DNA of 64,000 nt, taken from the NCBI GenBank assembly GCA_051362555.1, contig CM120643.1, positions 26,106,848 through 26,170,847 of the forward strand, in the 5' to 3' direction. The DNA is from Lingula anatina. Lineage: Eukaryota > Animalia > Brachiopoda. The stretch's first letter is position 1. Each line of letters begins with the position of its first letter. Below, piece after piece: positions 1 through 11,949 of the stretch. A program made the translations under genes and the position numbers. Below the pieces are notes generated by a model. It did no database searches. It was given only the letters and a program-made list of their open reading frames with translations, and was not told where the DNA came from.

Positions 1-98
1 TGCTCATGTTTCTTCAGGTGGCTAAGACGTCCAAATGCCTTGTCACAGAACTGGCAGGCGTAGGGTGTGGTCTCAGTTACACCAAGGGTGTACGGCAG
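1..98 (-). CDS. ZNF423/ZNF521: ZNF423/ZNF521-like zinc-finger protein, coding exon 5 (first C2H2 finger; runs off the window edge)
   Basis: Minus-strand acceptor cttttccAG at 100-99, then LPYTLGVTETTPYACQFCDKAFGRLSHLKKHE(Q). This resembles human ZNF423 [23 protein letters not shown]. Phase 0 matches the donor of exon 546-679. Confidence 0.93.
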   Translation of the reverse strand, partial: MPYTLGVTETTPYACQFCDKAFGRLSHLKKHE

Positions 99-545
99 CT
101 GGAAAAGCAAGATTTCAAGATACATCATGGTGCATGTTTAAAGCAAATAAAAATAATATTACATAGATACAGTGCTAGCAATGCATAAACGAAGCGAAAC
201 TGGAGTGTAAAGACATTTTAGCCCCAAAAAATTTAATTATTAAGACATACACACATATATGTACGTAAATGTAAACTAGAAAGGTGCACAATTATTTTTC
301 ACTGAGCCTAATATTATTCCCATTGTTTTAGGTGTTTCCTAATGCTAATTGTTAACATGTTCATCAATATATCTAGATATATGCTGCAGCCTATGCTGGA
401 AGTAAAATGTTTTTCTGGTCTTTAAATGTAAACTAAAAAACTTAACTGGATGATACCTATCTGGGAAATGTAAATCTTTAAATCTGATTCAACCACACAC
501 ATGGAAAAAGACAACCTAAACCTGATTGGACCATATATAAGTCAC

Positions 546-679
546 CTGATCCTCTGGTATTCCAAGACAGGCTTCTCCTGCGTTTGTTGGACTTTTGCTA
601 CCGTCCACGTCATGTGGTGACATCACAGGGGAGTTGCTACCACTGGTCTCACTGTAGGGGCTACGGTCTATACAGGTGC
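546..679 (-). CDS. ZNF423/ZNF521: ZNF423/ZNF521-like, coding exon 4 (Ser/Pro-rich linker)
   Basis: Acceptor tttattcccAG (681-680) and donor CAG|gtgact (545-544). Encodes (G)TCIDRSPYSETSGSNSPVMSPHDVDGSKSPTNAGEACLGIPEDQ, phase 1 in and phase 0 out, compatible with both flanking exons. Confidence 0.85.
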
Positions 680-724
680 CTGGGAATAAAAATAACTTAA
701 AGGGATAATAACTCTTCGTTTCGG

Positions 725-875
725 CCAAAAAATGAATTTTCCTGGAGTAAACAACAAATTTCCCATACTTACTAATGGTTAATGAATCCATTTTTACATT
801 CAAAGTTAGTCCCTGGTTTTTTTTCTAAAAAGTTTTTTTTTTTGTTAAAATCTCTTAACTGATTTTAACAGAGTA
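725..875 (+). repeat. Dispersed repeat fragment, copy 1
   Basis: TTTTCCTGGAGTAAACAACAAATTTCCCATACTTACTAATGGTTAATGAATCC...ACATTCAAAGTTAGTCC aligns colinearly with 53695-53846. Confidence 0.7.
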
Positions 876-1106
876 TAGCCATCAATGGAGGTCACGTGGT
901 CTAAAGACAAGCTCATATATCACAAAACTGCCGTTTTTGTGGTAAAACAGAAAATATTATATTTCTATGAGTTATTCACAATGTTTTTATTGTGAAATAT
1001 AGATCTCATACGAAGAGTTATTATCCCTTTAAATAAATAACAGATCTGTTTTAAGTGTTTGTTTAACAAACCCTTCCATGTTTCTAATAAAATTGTACAA
1101 CAGGGA

Positions 1107-1109
<3 letters not shown>

Positions 1110-1161
<52 letters not shown>
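1110..1161. repeat. Compound (CT)n(CA)n microsatellite
   Basis: Seen directly. Confidence 0.95.
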
Positions 1162-2821
1162 AACTCACACGCATATTTAGTGACCATATCAAGTAGAATA
1201 TCAAATAATTCATGAAAATATCACACTGTAGTTTGGGATTGTTATGTGGGTGGGTGCCTGGATTGAAGAAAATCTATAAGATATGTATGGAGTGATGGTC
1301 AAAACAAATTTTTTCCTCCATAAACACATTTAATTCTATTTTTCTACTGTCATGTTAGTCTTTATGTTTTTATATATGTGATTACTTTTTCCATGGGCTA
1401 TATCTGTTCAGCAATGGATCCTGATCTGTTGTATAATCTGTCAGTTCACAGTTCTCGATCCATACGTCATACTAAATCATAACAACAGCTTATCATGTAT
1501 TTCAGACAGTTGTATATTCAGTGTAGTTTGAAACTGTGACATAGCTGTAAAGAGTTGGATTTGTAATGAAGCTTTCAAATATATTATATATAATAACTGG
1601 TGATGGCACAGACTTGCTTAGTTCCACACATACTAATTGAAACATAAATTGATTTAAAAAACAGAAAAAAATATTTTGTAGACAACAAGCTTGTATTAAT
1701 CTATAAGAAGAGAGGAGTGAATTGATTCAAACAGAGATTTACTGCTACAGCAGTGAGGTGTCAACTTGTGCATATGGGTATGTGTTCATCAAAGCAAATC
1801 TTGTTTTATTTTAAAATCAAACTTAGTTTTACAAATTGTCAATGCAAACAGCTCAACTCAGTAACACCAGTAATGACAAAGGTACAAATCAGTAACAATC
1901 CAATTTACTGTCCTAGTATTTCAAGTGAACAGCTTCAACTGCATTAGATCATGTATCATCTGTATCCAGTCACTGGAGGTATATCAATTATAGCTAAGTA
2001 GAAAGGTCTGTCATTATGCTGTGTGAAGACAAAATCAGATCTAACCCGGATCAAGTCACTCCTTACACTGAAATTATCTCATGAACAAATACTCTTGCTC
2101 CTTCAAGAGTAGAAACATAATTCAATTAACCATTTTCTTTCGAAATTAACCTCAGCTGAAGTCGGGAATGTCTCTGAAGTTCACTAAAATGCTCGGACAA
2201 CTTGTACAGCTCACTGGGTTATATCAAAGGTCATCCTTATTTTTTTCCTTGATCTTAATGTCCCCGAACACTGTAGCAATTAGAGTCCCAAGTATATAAT
2301 TCCTCATCAAAGTGGCCGTGCTTTCTCAATACATCTGTGTTGATTTGCTGTGAAAATTTCCTCCTGCTCATTCCGATTCCCCACTGACTAATAATATCTC
2401 TTCCTCGCTATTGAAGTTAATGGCATTTGGTCAGATCGTGGGTCCACAGGGCTTCTGCTATTTTTTATTCCTCGTTTATTCATCAGCTTGTCAGCCCCCA
2501 CGGGAGCCTTCTATGGAATGTTTCAGGGATTCTGATAGTTGGGTTAATTATTCCAACCCCCCGTTGCCCTGGCTTATTAATGCCGCCGCATTGCTCTACC
2601 TGGAGAAGTGAACGTTTCAATACCAAAATGGAATCCTTAGGGTGCTCGCAGCTACATTACAATCCACTCGAGACGCGGGTGAAATTTCTCATTAATCAGG
2701 CAAAAAGTGACTTAGGCGCTCAGAGGAAGTCTGGAAGTTCGAGTTGACAATTCTTCTGGGAGTGGAAAGTCAAGAGGGTTACCAGGCGCAATTTGAAGGG
2801 TGCGATTTCTATTTTGTAATC

Positions 2822-2825
<4 letters not shown>

Positions 2826-2893
<68 letters not shown>
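2826..2893. repeat. (GA)n microsatellite
   Basis: Seen directly. Confidence 0.97.
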
Positions 2894-2897
<4 letters not shown>

Positions 2898-3503
2898 CAA
2901 ACTGGAAAACAAAATTTTATTGATATGGCAGGTTTCATAATCAAGTGCATTTAAAATTCTATCAATTATACTCAATGTATTTGTTGGTAATAAACAAAAA
3001 AAAAAAATCAAATGCAAACCCAATAAAAAATCCTTTTTTTAGAATTATATAAAATCATATCTTGTTTTTCTAGATAAAACGTAAAGCTTACTAAGTAGGC
3101 AAAGATAAAGGTCATTCTTTAATATCAATCAGAAAAAGACATCCTGTTTCCTACATGCTATTATTTTTTTGTTGTATTCTGTAAGTGTTCTGCTGAAGTA
3201 TTTAAAAAAAAAAGGTAAATAAATTAAAAAACAAAAATGATACATTAGTAAGCAAAGAGTGTAAACTGATAATTTGAAATAAATGTATAAACAAAGCATT
3301 CCAAACAAAATCCAAATCAGGAAGGCACACCACACAATATCTTATGTTAAAACATGAAATGACAATTACAAATCAGATGTGAAATTACAGTTGTCTCACA
3401 TGTATGAAGTCTTATCCATGGAGTTTTCTCAAAGTGATGATAGGAGGAGGGGTGGCACTGCAAAACGTGAATAATAAAAAAAAAACACTGCAACTTTGGT
3501 TTT

Positions 3504-3516
3504 CGTGTGTGTGCGC

Positions 3517-3565
<49 letters not shown>
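3504..3565. repeat. (GT)n microsatellite
   Basis: Seen directly, with a short GC interruption. Confidence 0.95.
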
Positions 3566-3567
<2 letters not shown>

Positions 3568-5090
3568 CATTTGTGTACTAATTATACTGGGGGGTATGAA
3601 GAGATTGCATAAAATGTCTCAATTTTTAGCTCACTTTTTTTCCACAGCCTAGACAGGCAAATTTGCATAGAATTCCTAAATGTGAGGCTTCAGTTCCCTT
3701 ATTTAAAAAACTTCTTCATCAGCAGCTATAAAAAAAAAAAAAATCGGACTAAAATAAAAAATGCAAAAACAGATAAGACAGAAGCATCACCTTGCTGTAA
3801 CATCCCCTCACATTAATTACAACCAAAGGTCAAAATTATCCTTTTTTATCATTTCGTTGTGACTTCAAGCAGCTAGAAAAAAGTTCAAAGTAACTAATTG
3901 AAACCCCTGACTGCCTCACAAGGTGTCAGCCGAGGATCCATCATGTTGGAGCTCACAGTGGAAGGTTTCTATTTCACGTGTGCGTACAACTGTGTGATCG
4001 GAGAAGGTCACGGCCCCGAAAGTCAGTTGGAGATAATTAGGCTGCCTCCACACGGGTAAACTAACCGTTTGCAAGGTTAGGCAGAGAAAGGGGATTTGGG
4101 GGGGGGGGGGGAGGGGGGACTCATGAAAGAACTTTAGCCCAAAAAATAGTCTTAATTGCATTCAAAAATTTAGCCTACCTGTCTTCAAGATTTATCTATG
4201 GTTGTCCACTAATACTATATAAAAAAATAATAAATTGCTGTATTGGCTTGAAACAGACACATCTTTCTTGTTTTGAAAGAGGCACATTATTTCCATTTAA
4301 TTGGACTACTTACTGACATATCTTGGGGCAAAGTCAACCTAAATTCTGATCTTCAAGATCTTTCCTGAAACCATCCCATGTTTTTTCCTGGATCATATCA
4401 ATGACAACACACATGCCAAAACATAATCTGGGTCACCAGGGGGCGGCACATTCAGTTTACTTCAAGGATAAGGTGTACCTTTATTGGCTCTGATGAATAC
4501 TAGATGTTTTGTTTGCAGAACTTTATGAAAAAAAAAATTCCTGAATGCCAATTTGCCATACACTTGAAGGAAAAATCTTTCCTTGTTCATTCTTTTTACT
4601 TATGTGAGGTACTGTAAAAATGACACTGGTTGCCATTTCACAATATTATAGCCTTTGTACAGAAATATTGATATAATTTAATTCTTAAAACAGTTCTTGT
4701 TACTGTTATTGTGCACATTAAACAAAGAGAAAGGAATAACTTCCAGTACATGTTGCCTGCCTGTGTGCAGACATAGTTTAAATATATCTATAACAAGTTA
4801 AACCAAATGAAAAAAGAAACACTGAAAGTCATTACTTTGGCTTAAAACAAAATATATTGGTTTTCACTTTTTCACTGCACAACAGAAGACATAAGTATTC
4901 ATATTTTAAGAAAAAAAAGTTCAACCCACCCAAGTGTACTAACAGTCTAAAACATCACACCTTGTAGTAAACCACAAATCTAACAAACACACTTTATAAA
5001 AAAAACACTGAACAGTAAAAAAGAATGGATAGTACAGACCTTCAAGCTATCTGCCAGCCGTAGGTACCAATAACCTACCTGAGTGACCTG

Positions 5091-5104
5091 GCGCCCCCTA
5101 GTGG
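5091..5104 (-). promoter_or_regulatory. CTCF core motif
   Basis: Reverse complement reads CCACTAGGGGGCGC, matching the canonical CTCF core consensus. Confidence 0.6.
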
Positions 5105-5384
5105 GGTGGCAGCCTCTGGCAGGTGCTTAGATACTCCACAGGGGTAATTGAAAACATAAAGTTCACATATACATCTAGTCTTTTTCGCACTACTGATGTC
5201 TTTTCTTTCAAGTCTGTTTTTTCCTGTTTTAAGCACCACACCCTGTTCTGGTTCTCTGTGGCCATGTTTCTGATCACTCAGTGGCCTGTCAGGGGTGGTT
5301 TATTTGACAGACTAATTAGGGTACAGTTACTGCAGGAGTGCCTACTGCTCTGGAGAGCTGATGTTGCATGCTTATATGTTGTGC

Positions 5385-5447
<63 letters not shown>

Positions 5448-5460
5448 AATAAATAAATAA
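5385..5460. repeat. (AAT)n(AAAT)n microsatellite
   Basis: Seen directly. Confidence 0.95.
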
Positions 5461-6941
5461 TGAATTCCAGGTATAAAAACTGACTTTGTGTTATCATATA
5501 TGCATAGAAGAAAAATAACTACTTTTGAAATAAATCTGTTACAAACTGACAAAAAATACTCTTTTTCATCAGAAAGAAAAACAATCAGAACTATTGAAAC
5601 ACAACTTAATCTATCCAAGCATGTGTGCTGTCATCCGAACAAAAAGTGACTATTTGAGGGAAGATTAAAACTAAGATTGCAAATCAAAAATAGTCCCATA
5701 CAAATGCTAGTCTGTCTTTATTGGCTGACTAAAATGTTTTTTAAAAAATCTGTCTGAGCAATTAATCCATGTAATGATTCTAAATATAACCTGGTATTTG
5801 AATAATTGTAATTAAATCTGCCTCTCAGGGACGTCAAAATGTATTCATTTATTTATTACATTCTAGGCTCAATAATGATACACAAATTAATGCAATAGCC
5901 TCTTACATCTCTTCAACTGTTTGGCAAATTTTATCATAACATATCGCAATTGATGTAAACAGAAGGGAATTCCCAGAAGCTTAAATCACATAGCTGTCCA
6001 TGTGCTGGCAATGCCATCCATGTGCTGGGAATGGCGTCTCAAAGCAATATGGAAGTGTCATAAAAAACATGGTGAATCGGCATTGTTTTGAAGAAGACTG
6101 AAATTCTACAGAACTCTATGAGTAAACAACGAGAAAAGTGTTCATGGACATCTTATGCCAGCTAGCTGGCTTCTATGTTGCTCTACTAGTCTGCTATTAT
6201 TTCTGACTCCACTCTCCTCCAAATCTCGCAAAATCTCACTTGGCTCTATGCTAAGTTGACAGACTTGGGCTATCTAATATGATTTCCATTCCAGTTTTAA
6301 AATATAACATTAAGAGAATACTTAGTCATGGAAATGACCATAAATAGAAAACTAGTGACTAGTGTGTTTGCCAAATATATGAAGTAGAAGCTGTATCTTG
6401 TGTTTTATCTAGCATTCACTGACTTTTGAATAATTCAGGTAGGGCGCACTTATGCTTTTATAATTTCCAAACATCATTCCAGGTTACATGTGCCATTTTT
6501 GTCCCTTTTCACTAAGCTTACACCTCAGCAAAAGTAGACCCTTATTCAAGCTGGGGTTTCCATTTCCAAAAAAACTGGAAACAGGCCAAAAAGCACCAAA
6601 TGCTGCAAGTATCACTGGAGTAGTACACAGAGTAAGTAGGCAGACACACGGCATTCAAATGTCTGTTTTTGTAACAGTACGAGTGTCAGGAGTGGAAGGT
6701 CTCTTTCAAGGAGCGTAGACGCACAAGAGAGGTAGTGTTCTGAAGCGCACAATTACTGCTCTTGAAACAGCGGCTCCTCAGCAGGAGCTCCAATTTGCAG
6801 CAAAATGGGCAAAAAAAGTCAAATTGTCTGGGAAAGCAACCAACAATGACTGGTGCAAAACTCAATCAGACGTACTAGGGAGGATCCAGGCAGGCTTTTC
6901 TTCCCTGTTGAGCAGGGCTTGTAAACGGCAGCTCTAACTCT

Positions 6942-7223
6942 GGGGGCCTTGTTTCACTGAAGAACTTAAACCCCGGAGAGATGTTCTGAACTAACAGACT
7001 AAAAATTTTGATTTACTTCCTTTAGGGATATTTTAATGTTGTCCATTAAAATAAAGAAACCATTGGCCTAACATACTGGCCTTTTTCTTAATTTCTGTAG
7101 CACAAACACAATGGTTCACTTAAGTTGCCTACTCCTGAATTATCCCATGCCAAATTAAACTGAAAATTTCAGCCTAAAAGTCAAGACCAATTTTCAGACT
7201 TAAGCAACTTAGTTGCGCTGGGC
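6942..7223. mobile_element. Degenerate third copy of the TTTAGACCAAAA MITE family
   Basis: GGGGGCCTTGTTTCACTGAAGAACTTAA...CAGACTAAAAATTTT at the left, AAAAGTCAAGACCAATTTTCAGACTTAAG...GCGCTGGGC at the right. Length is similar to the other copies. Confidence 0.45.
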
Positions 7224-8054
7224 GGTGTTCTCTGTAAACTGACATATAAACAGGGTGAAAATCTAATATCTCTGCTGTTCCTGACAATGTGCAGCAACAA
7301 TTACAGTAATGTGAAGCCATGCACTACCTCAGCAACAAAACAACTCTGATGCTATCAATACTTGACTTAATGTGTGCAAAACAATTTACCAACACCAAAA
7401 ATTGCTGCAAGGTTTTGTTTCTACTCTACTAAGTATGTACAACTTAGTAATAATCAAATTTTAATTGTTTTCTTTATTATTTTTTCTGGCTCAAATCATG
7501 ATAATAAACCAATTTACCAAAATCCAGTCACATAACTTTTTTCATAAACAAACAAACAAACAAACAAATAAATATTGAGGGAATAAAACAATTGATATAA
7601 AATATTCACAATAAAAACAAGTAGGACTCCAGTACTAACAATATTGCAATACCACTAACAACAACAGTAACAACAGCAATACAATGTTGCTGCTGCAGTA
7701 TCACAGCAGTCACAATCCTGACAATACAAGGCTGCCCTGCACCTTAAACGACACCAATAACAAACCCACATCCACATTATCTCATGTTACAACACTGCAG
7801 ACTGGTCACATTATGGAGGCTATGAGCTATGTACATGCAAGAGACACATTAACATGTACATCATTGGGATTCAGGCGTCTGGTGCAAATCTGTTCTTGTT
7901 TACTGTAGACAATAAACTTAGACTAGCCTAGTAGAGACCAAAAGATCTACACCACCGTCAGTCTAGATTGTACATCTTATCACAATGGAGCTGTAGACAT
8001 ATACAAATGAATCTTAGAATATCTGATCAATTGAAGTAATAACTACAAAAAGCT

Positions 8055-8131
<77 letters not shown>
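8055..8131. repeat. Imperfect (AG)n microsatellite
   Basis: Seen directly. Confidence 0.95.
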
Positions 8132-8133
<2 letters not shown>

Positions 8134-11100
8134 ATGTATGAGATCTATTTTACGGTCATGTTCACATTGGCCATAATCATGTTTTTTTATTTTTGGTCCA
8201 CACCTCTTTGGAATTTTATGATACATACATGTATTTCTCTGTTTTTTTAAATCTGTCTATCAATATTTTAATTCAATCACCTATTTTTCATTTGTTTGCT
8301 TATCTATTTAGTTTTGTCTATTCTATTTTTGGACTGTATTTGAAGTTTTAAGACTGACGGATATTTTTAAAACAATAATGTGCCCACCAGCCCACTTATA
8401 TCTGCCTCACTGACAGTTTGGCAAGTGCTTGACAAGATTAACTTGTTAGTCTTTTGCTTTTTACCAAGAATGTACGTATTACCATCCTTGTTTTTACCAA
8501 TAATGGACTAATCATCATCAACAAAATCAACTACAGACTCAATGTATCAATTATTACTTCATCATCAAATGAATATTGACTGTTAAAACTAATGTAGTTT
8601 TTCCCCTTGAAATGACTTGATGTAGCTCTCAGAACAGATATAACTTGGATCCACTGTGAACACAACCATACGAGTTCTCTGAAAAGATAAGGTATGTTAA
8701 TGCCAGCACCATCTCAACTCAGGCCTCCCTGCCTCTATACACCAGACTAGGCAACACAGGGGCCTTAACGATCAAATTTCCCCACTTATTCCCCATTTAT
8801 TCGAACAAGAACCCATCCCCGGAGATATTCACCTATGTTTTATGCATTTTTCTTGGATCTCGTGGCCTCCCTGGAGATCCTGCAACTGGCTTTTAACCAA
8901 AACTTTATGCATTTGGAAGTTTGAATGCTTAGGCAGAGTTAAAGCCTCCTGAGACAAGAAAGAGTCCCAGGGGGAGCCATGACTGATGAAGAAAGTGCCA
9001 CCAATCAACTTAATATCTTCCAATGAATTTAAGATCTCTATGTATGTAGGTAGCTGGGGCAATAAGCGTAATGGGAGAGATTTTTCTTGCAACGGGTTCT
9101 GTGAATTTAAACTAAAAGCGCATGTATTAATTTTCTACTGACATTGACTTTAGAAATAAAATAAACAAATGAATATGTGAATGTGAACAAGGCAATTCTA
9201 CAGACAATAAATAAGTAAAATAAAATCAATTTAAATATAAGGAAATAAAATATGACACAAAACAAACAAAATGAAAATGTAATCAATAAACAGTTCACAG
9301 CAATAACTAAAATTATTATTATTATTATTATTAAATATTATTATGCCCTTTCCTTTGGACAACACTTATGCGATAATAGAAAAAATGTATGTCGGCATTT
9401 TTTTCTTTATCACAGCAGTCAACAATATGTTTTGTAAACCATGAATTGTTAACCATGAAACAGAACCTGATTAATCTTCTGGTCAAGCCCATATCCACCA
9501 TATCCTGAGTGCCTCAAATTTGTAGCAATGTGTAACATTTCACAAACACTTGGTAGCTACCGTCTCTTCCAACAAGTATGAGGTTACAACCTATCACACA
9601 TAAAACTACAGACAGAGGAAGAGAAAAAAAAACTCAAGATGAGAATTGTTTTTTGACTTAAGGAAGCATAGAGTCTGCCCCCAGGCCATTGTATTAGTGC
9701 CTCCATCTGCCGCATCCTGTAGTTAGCTAGGCCACATCCCGGAGCTCTGCAGAGAACCAGAGAACTCATTTCCTGACTGTGTTCGCCCACTGACACCGAG
9801 AGCAGACCTCGGGACCCGCTATTTCTGTGTTCTACATAGATACAGTCATAACTAATTAAATCGTCATGGTTTGAGACCACAGTGCGGGCTGCTCTCACCA
9901 AGGGGAAGCACGGTCATGATTTTTTCCCCTTTTTTTTATTCTTTTTTTTTTGTGTGAAAATTACAAACAGATTCTCCAGGTGTCCCAGGCTAGTGTTACA
10001 CTGTTGGAAGGTTATGCAGGGAGAACCTTAAGTGATGTTAACTTGAGACATGGCCAATTTCTGTTAAGGCTTTTCCATAACTAGTGAATCCCTCCTTCAA
10101 GACGATTACTTGAAAAGAATTTGAAAGGATACATACAAAACAACAAATAAAGCTGTATATCCTTATTTTCCATATTTTCTCTCTCACGTTCTCTCTTGTT
10201 CTTTCTAACTCCCTTTGGCAAAACCCATTTCATTGCCTTAGAAGAAATGAGTTCAAACAAAATAATTTTATTTGTGCCTAATTTCCGTCATGACTGATTT
10301 TCCATCTTTTTTATCTTAAGTGGTCTCTATCCTCCCCAGCTTTGTTAGTGTTATTACATACATTTACACCAAAACTAGAAATCACACTCCACATTCGTAA
10401 TCTTATTGAATAATGCATCAACTGATAGATCACATTACCTTTATTAGGAAAATTAAGATAAATCAGTAGGAATCAGTTAACACTTTGGAAAAACTCCGTC
10501 CAGCTAAAAGTTCACATTTGTCCAAAACATTCATTATTAGTATACTATTTAACAGATAATGATGTAGAATATAAGGACCTGGGACCTGTTACATAAAATC
10601 ACTGGTTTAAACTTCCTGGCCAAAATTTAAGTTTTCTTTGAACCAAAATAAATTTGAATCTTTCTGCATGCATCTTGCTGATATTGTGATATTTCAAATG
10701 ATATGACCATATAAAAGAACAAAATCAGCTCTACTACTATTATATGATACAGATGAATCAGATGCTACAGATGAATCATTTGATTGCAGTTGCCTAATTT
10801 GATAACTCTCTGACTTCTATCACAAATGTTTCCATATTGAACTATTAGCATCAGAAAGAGGACATGTGCCAACTCACATACCTCCAAAATCTTCACCTTC
10901 ATTAGTAAAAGTGATACTTTGATCACTATCACTACTGTCACTACAGGTCCCTCAAATCTCTCAAAGTGTTTCAAGATCTCTCAAATTTGGAGAGGTGGGG
11001 CATTTTTGATTTCATCAACTGGTAGTTTTGCTATTCACTTTACTTAAGCAGAGAAGGTGTGAAAAATAAACAGCTTTATTAGTTTAGAACTATTCATTGT

Positions 11101-11780
11101 GTGGAAATGACTGTAAAACCTGCTATGCATCTTTTATCTCCCCAATCTTGTCAGGTCATCAAATGAGCTTTGGACAGAACAATGAAAACTGTGGTCATTG
11201 AACTGAACTCCCCTGACCTTAGCCATATATCAATGATTGCAAATGGATGCCTTAAAGTGGATAAAAATAATCCGTTAACACAAAGCACTAGAATTTAATA
11301 GTGCAACACTATCCATCAGCTAAACAAAAATAATATGTTATAATCATTAAAATAGAAATAGGGCCCTTGATATCACTCTCGTTTTAATTCCGCCATTAAT
11401 GATCTACCTGTGGTACTTAAAGTTGTCACCTGTTCAGGTGTCAGTGTGCCGAGGTTCCTCAGATTTGGTTGATTAAGCACTAACATTGGACTATCTATGA
11501 TACTGTTAATCAGCCATCATATTTCTGTATACTGTATACAGGTGCTAATTGAAACCTCAGAGAAAGTAACTAGATTAAATATGTTTACCCTCATGGCTAC
11601 AAAAGTGGCTCTTTAAACTTGAGGACAATAAAAAAATGGTAAAATTTATGACAGGAAATTTCTGGAAGGTCTTCTTTTGAAATTCATTCAGTGTTCCAGT
11701 CCTGAAAGTGATTTAAACAAGTTTTGAAAAAAAAAAGATTTCAGTTATTGTGATTCTTTCCTAACCTTGCCTACTTTCTG

Positions 11781-11949
11781 CAGGGGCGGATTTACGGGGT
11801 CTTCTGGGTCTTCCGGAAGACGGTCAGATTTTCAAGTTTACATTGACGGGTATCTAATTATTTCTGTCGGAAGACGGTCAAAAAATGGAGGATGGATCAA
11901 CAAAGATAATTTGGAAGACTGTCAGAAAATAACTCTGGATCCGCCCCTG
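11781..11949. mobile_element. Small non-autonomous DNA transposon (MITE) with CAGGGGCGGAT termini
   Basis: Perfect 11-bp TIR CAGGGGCGGAT...ATCCGCCCCTG, with TTCTG on both flanks. Internal GGAAGAC(G/T)GTCA occurs three times. CpGs are retained within a CpG-poor intron. Confidence 0.8.

Noticed and set aside
3916-4161. 81-aa minus-strand ORF as a ZNF423/521 exon
   Set aside because: No convincing splice sites, and it includes a poly-C/G tract. The CpG-bearing block is more likely regulatory.
10882-10950. Possible extra minus-strand exon (TCSDSSDSDQSITFTNEGEDFG) with donor GAG|gtatgt
   Set aside because: The only phase-compatible acceptor is GAG without a polypyrimidine tract, and I recognise no homology.
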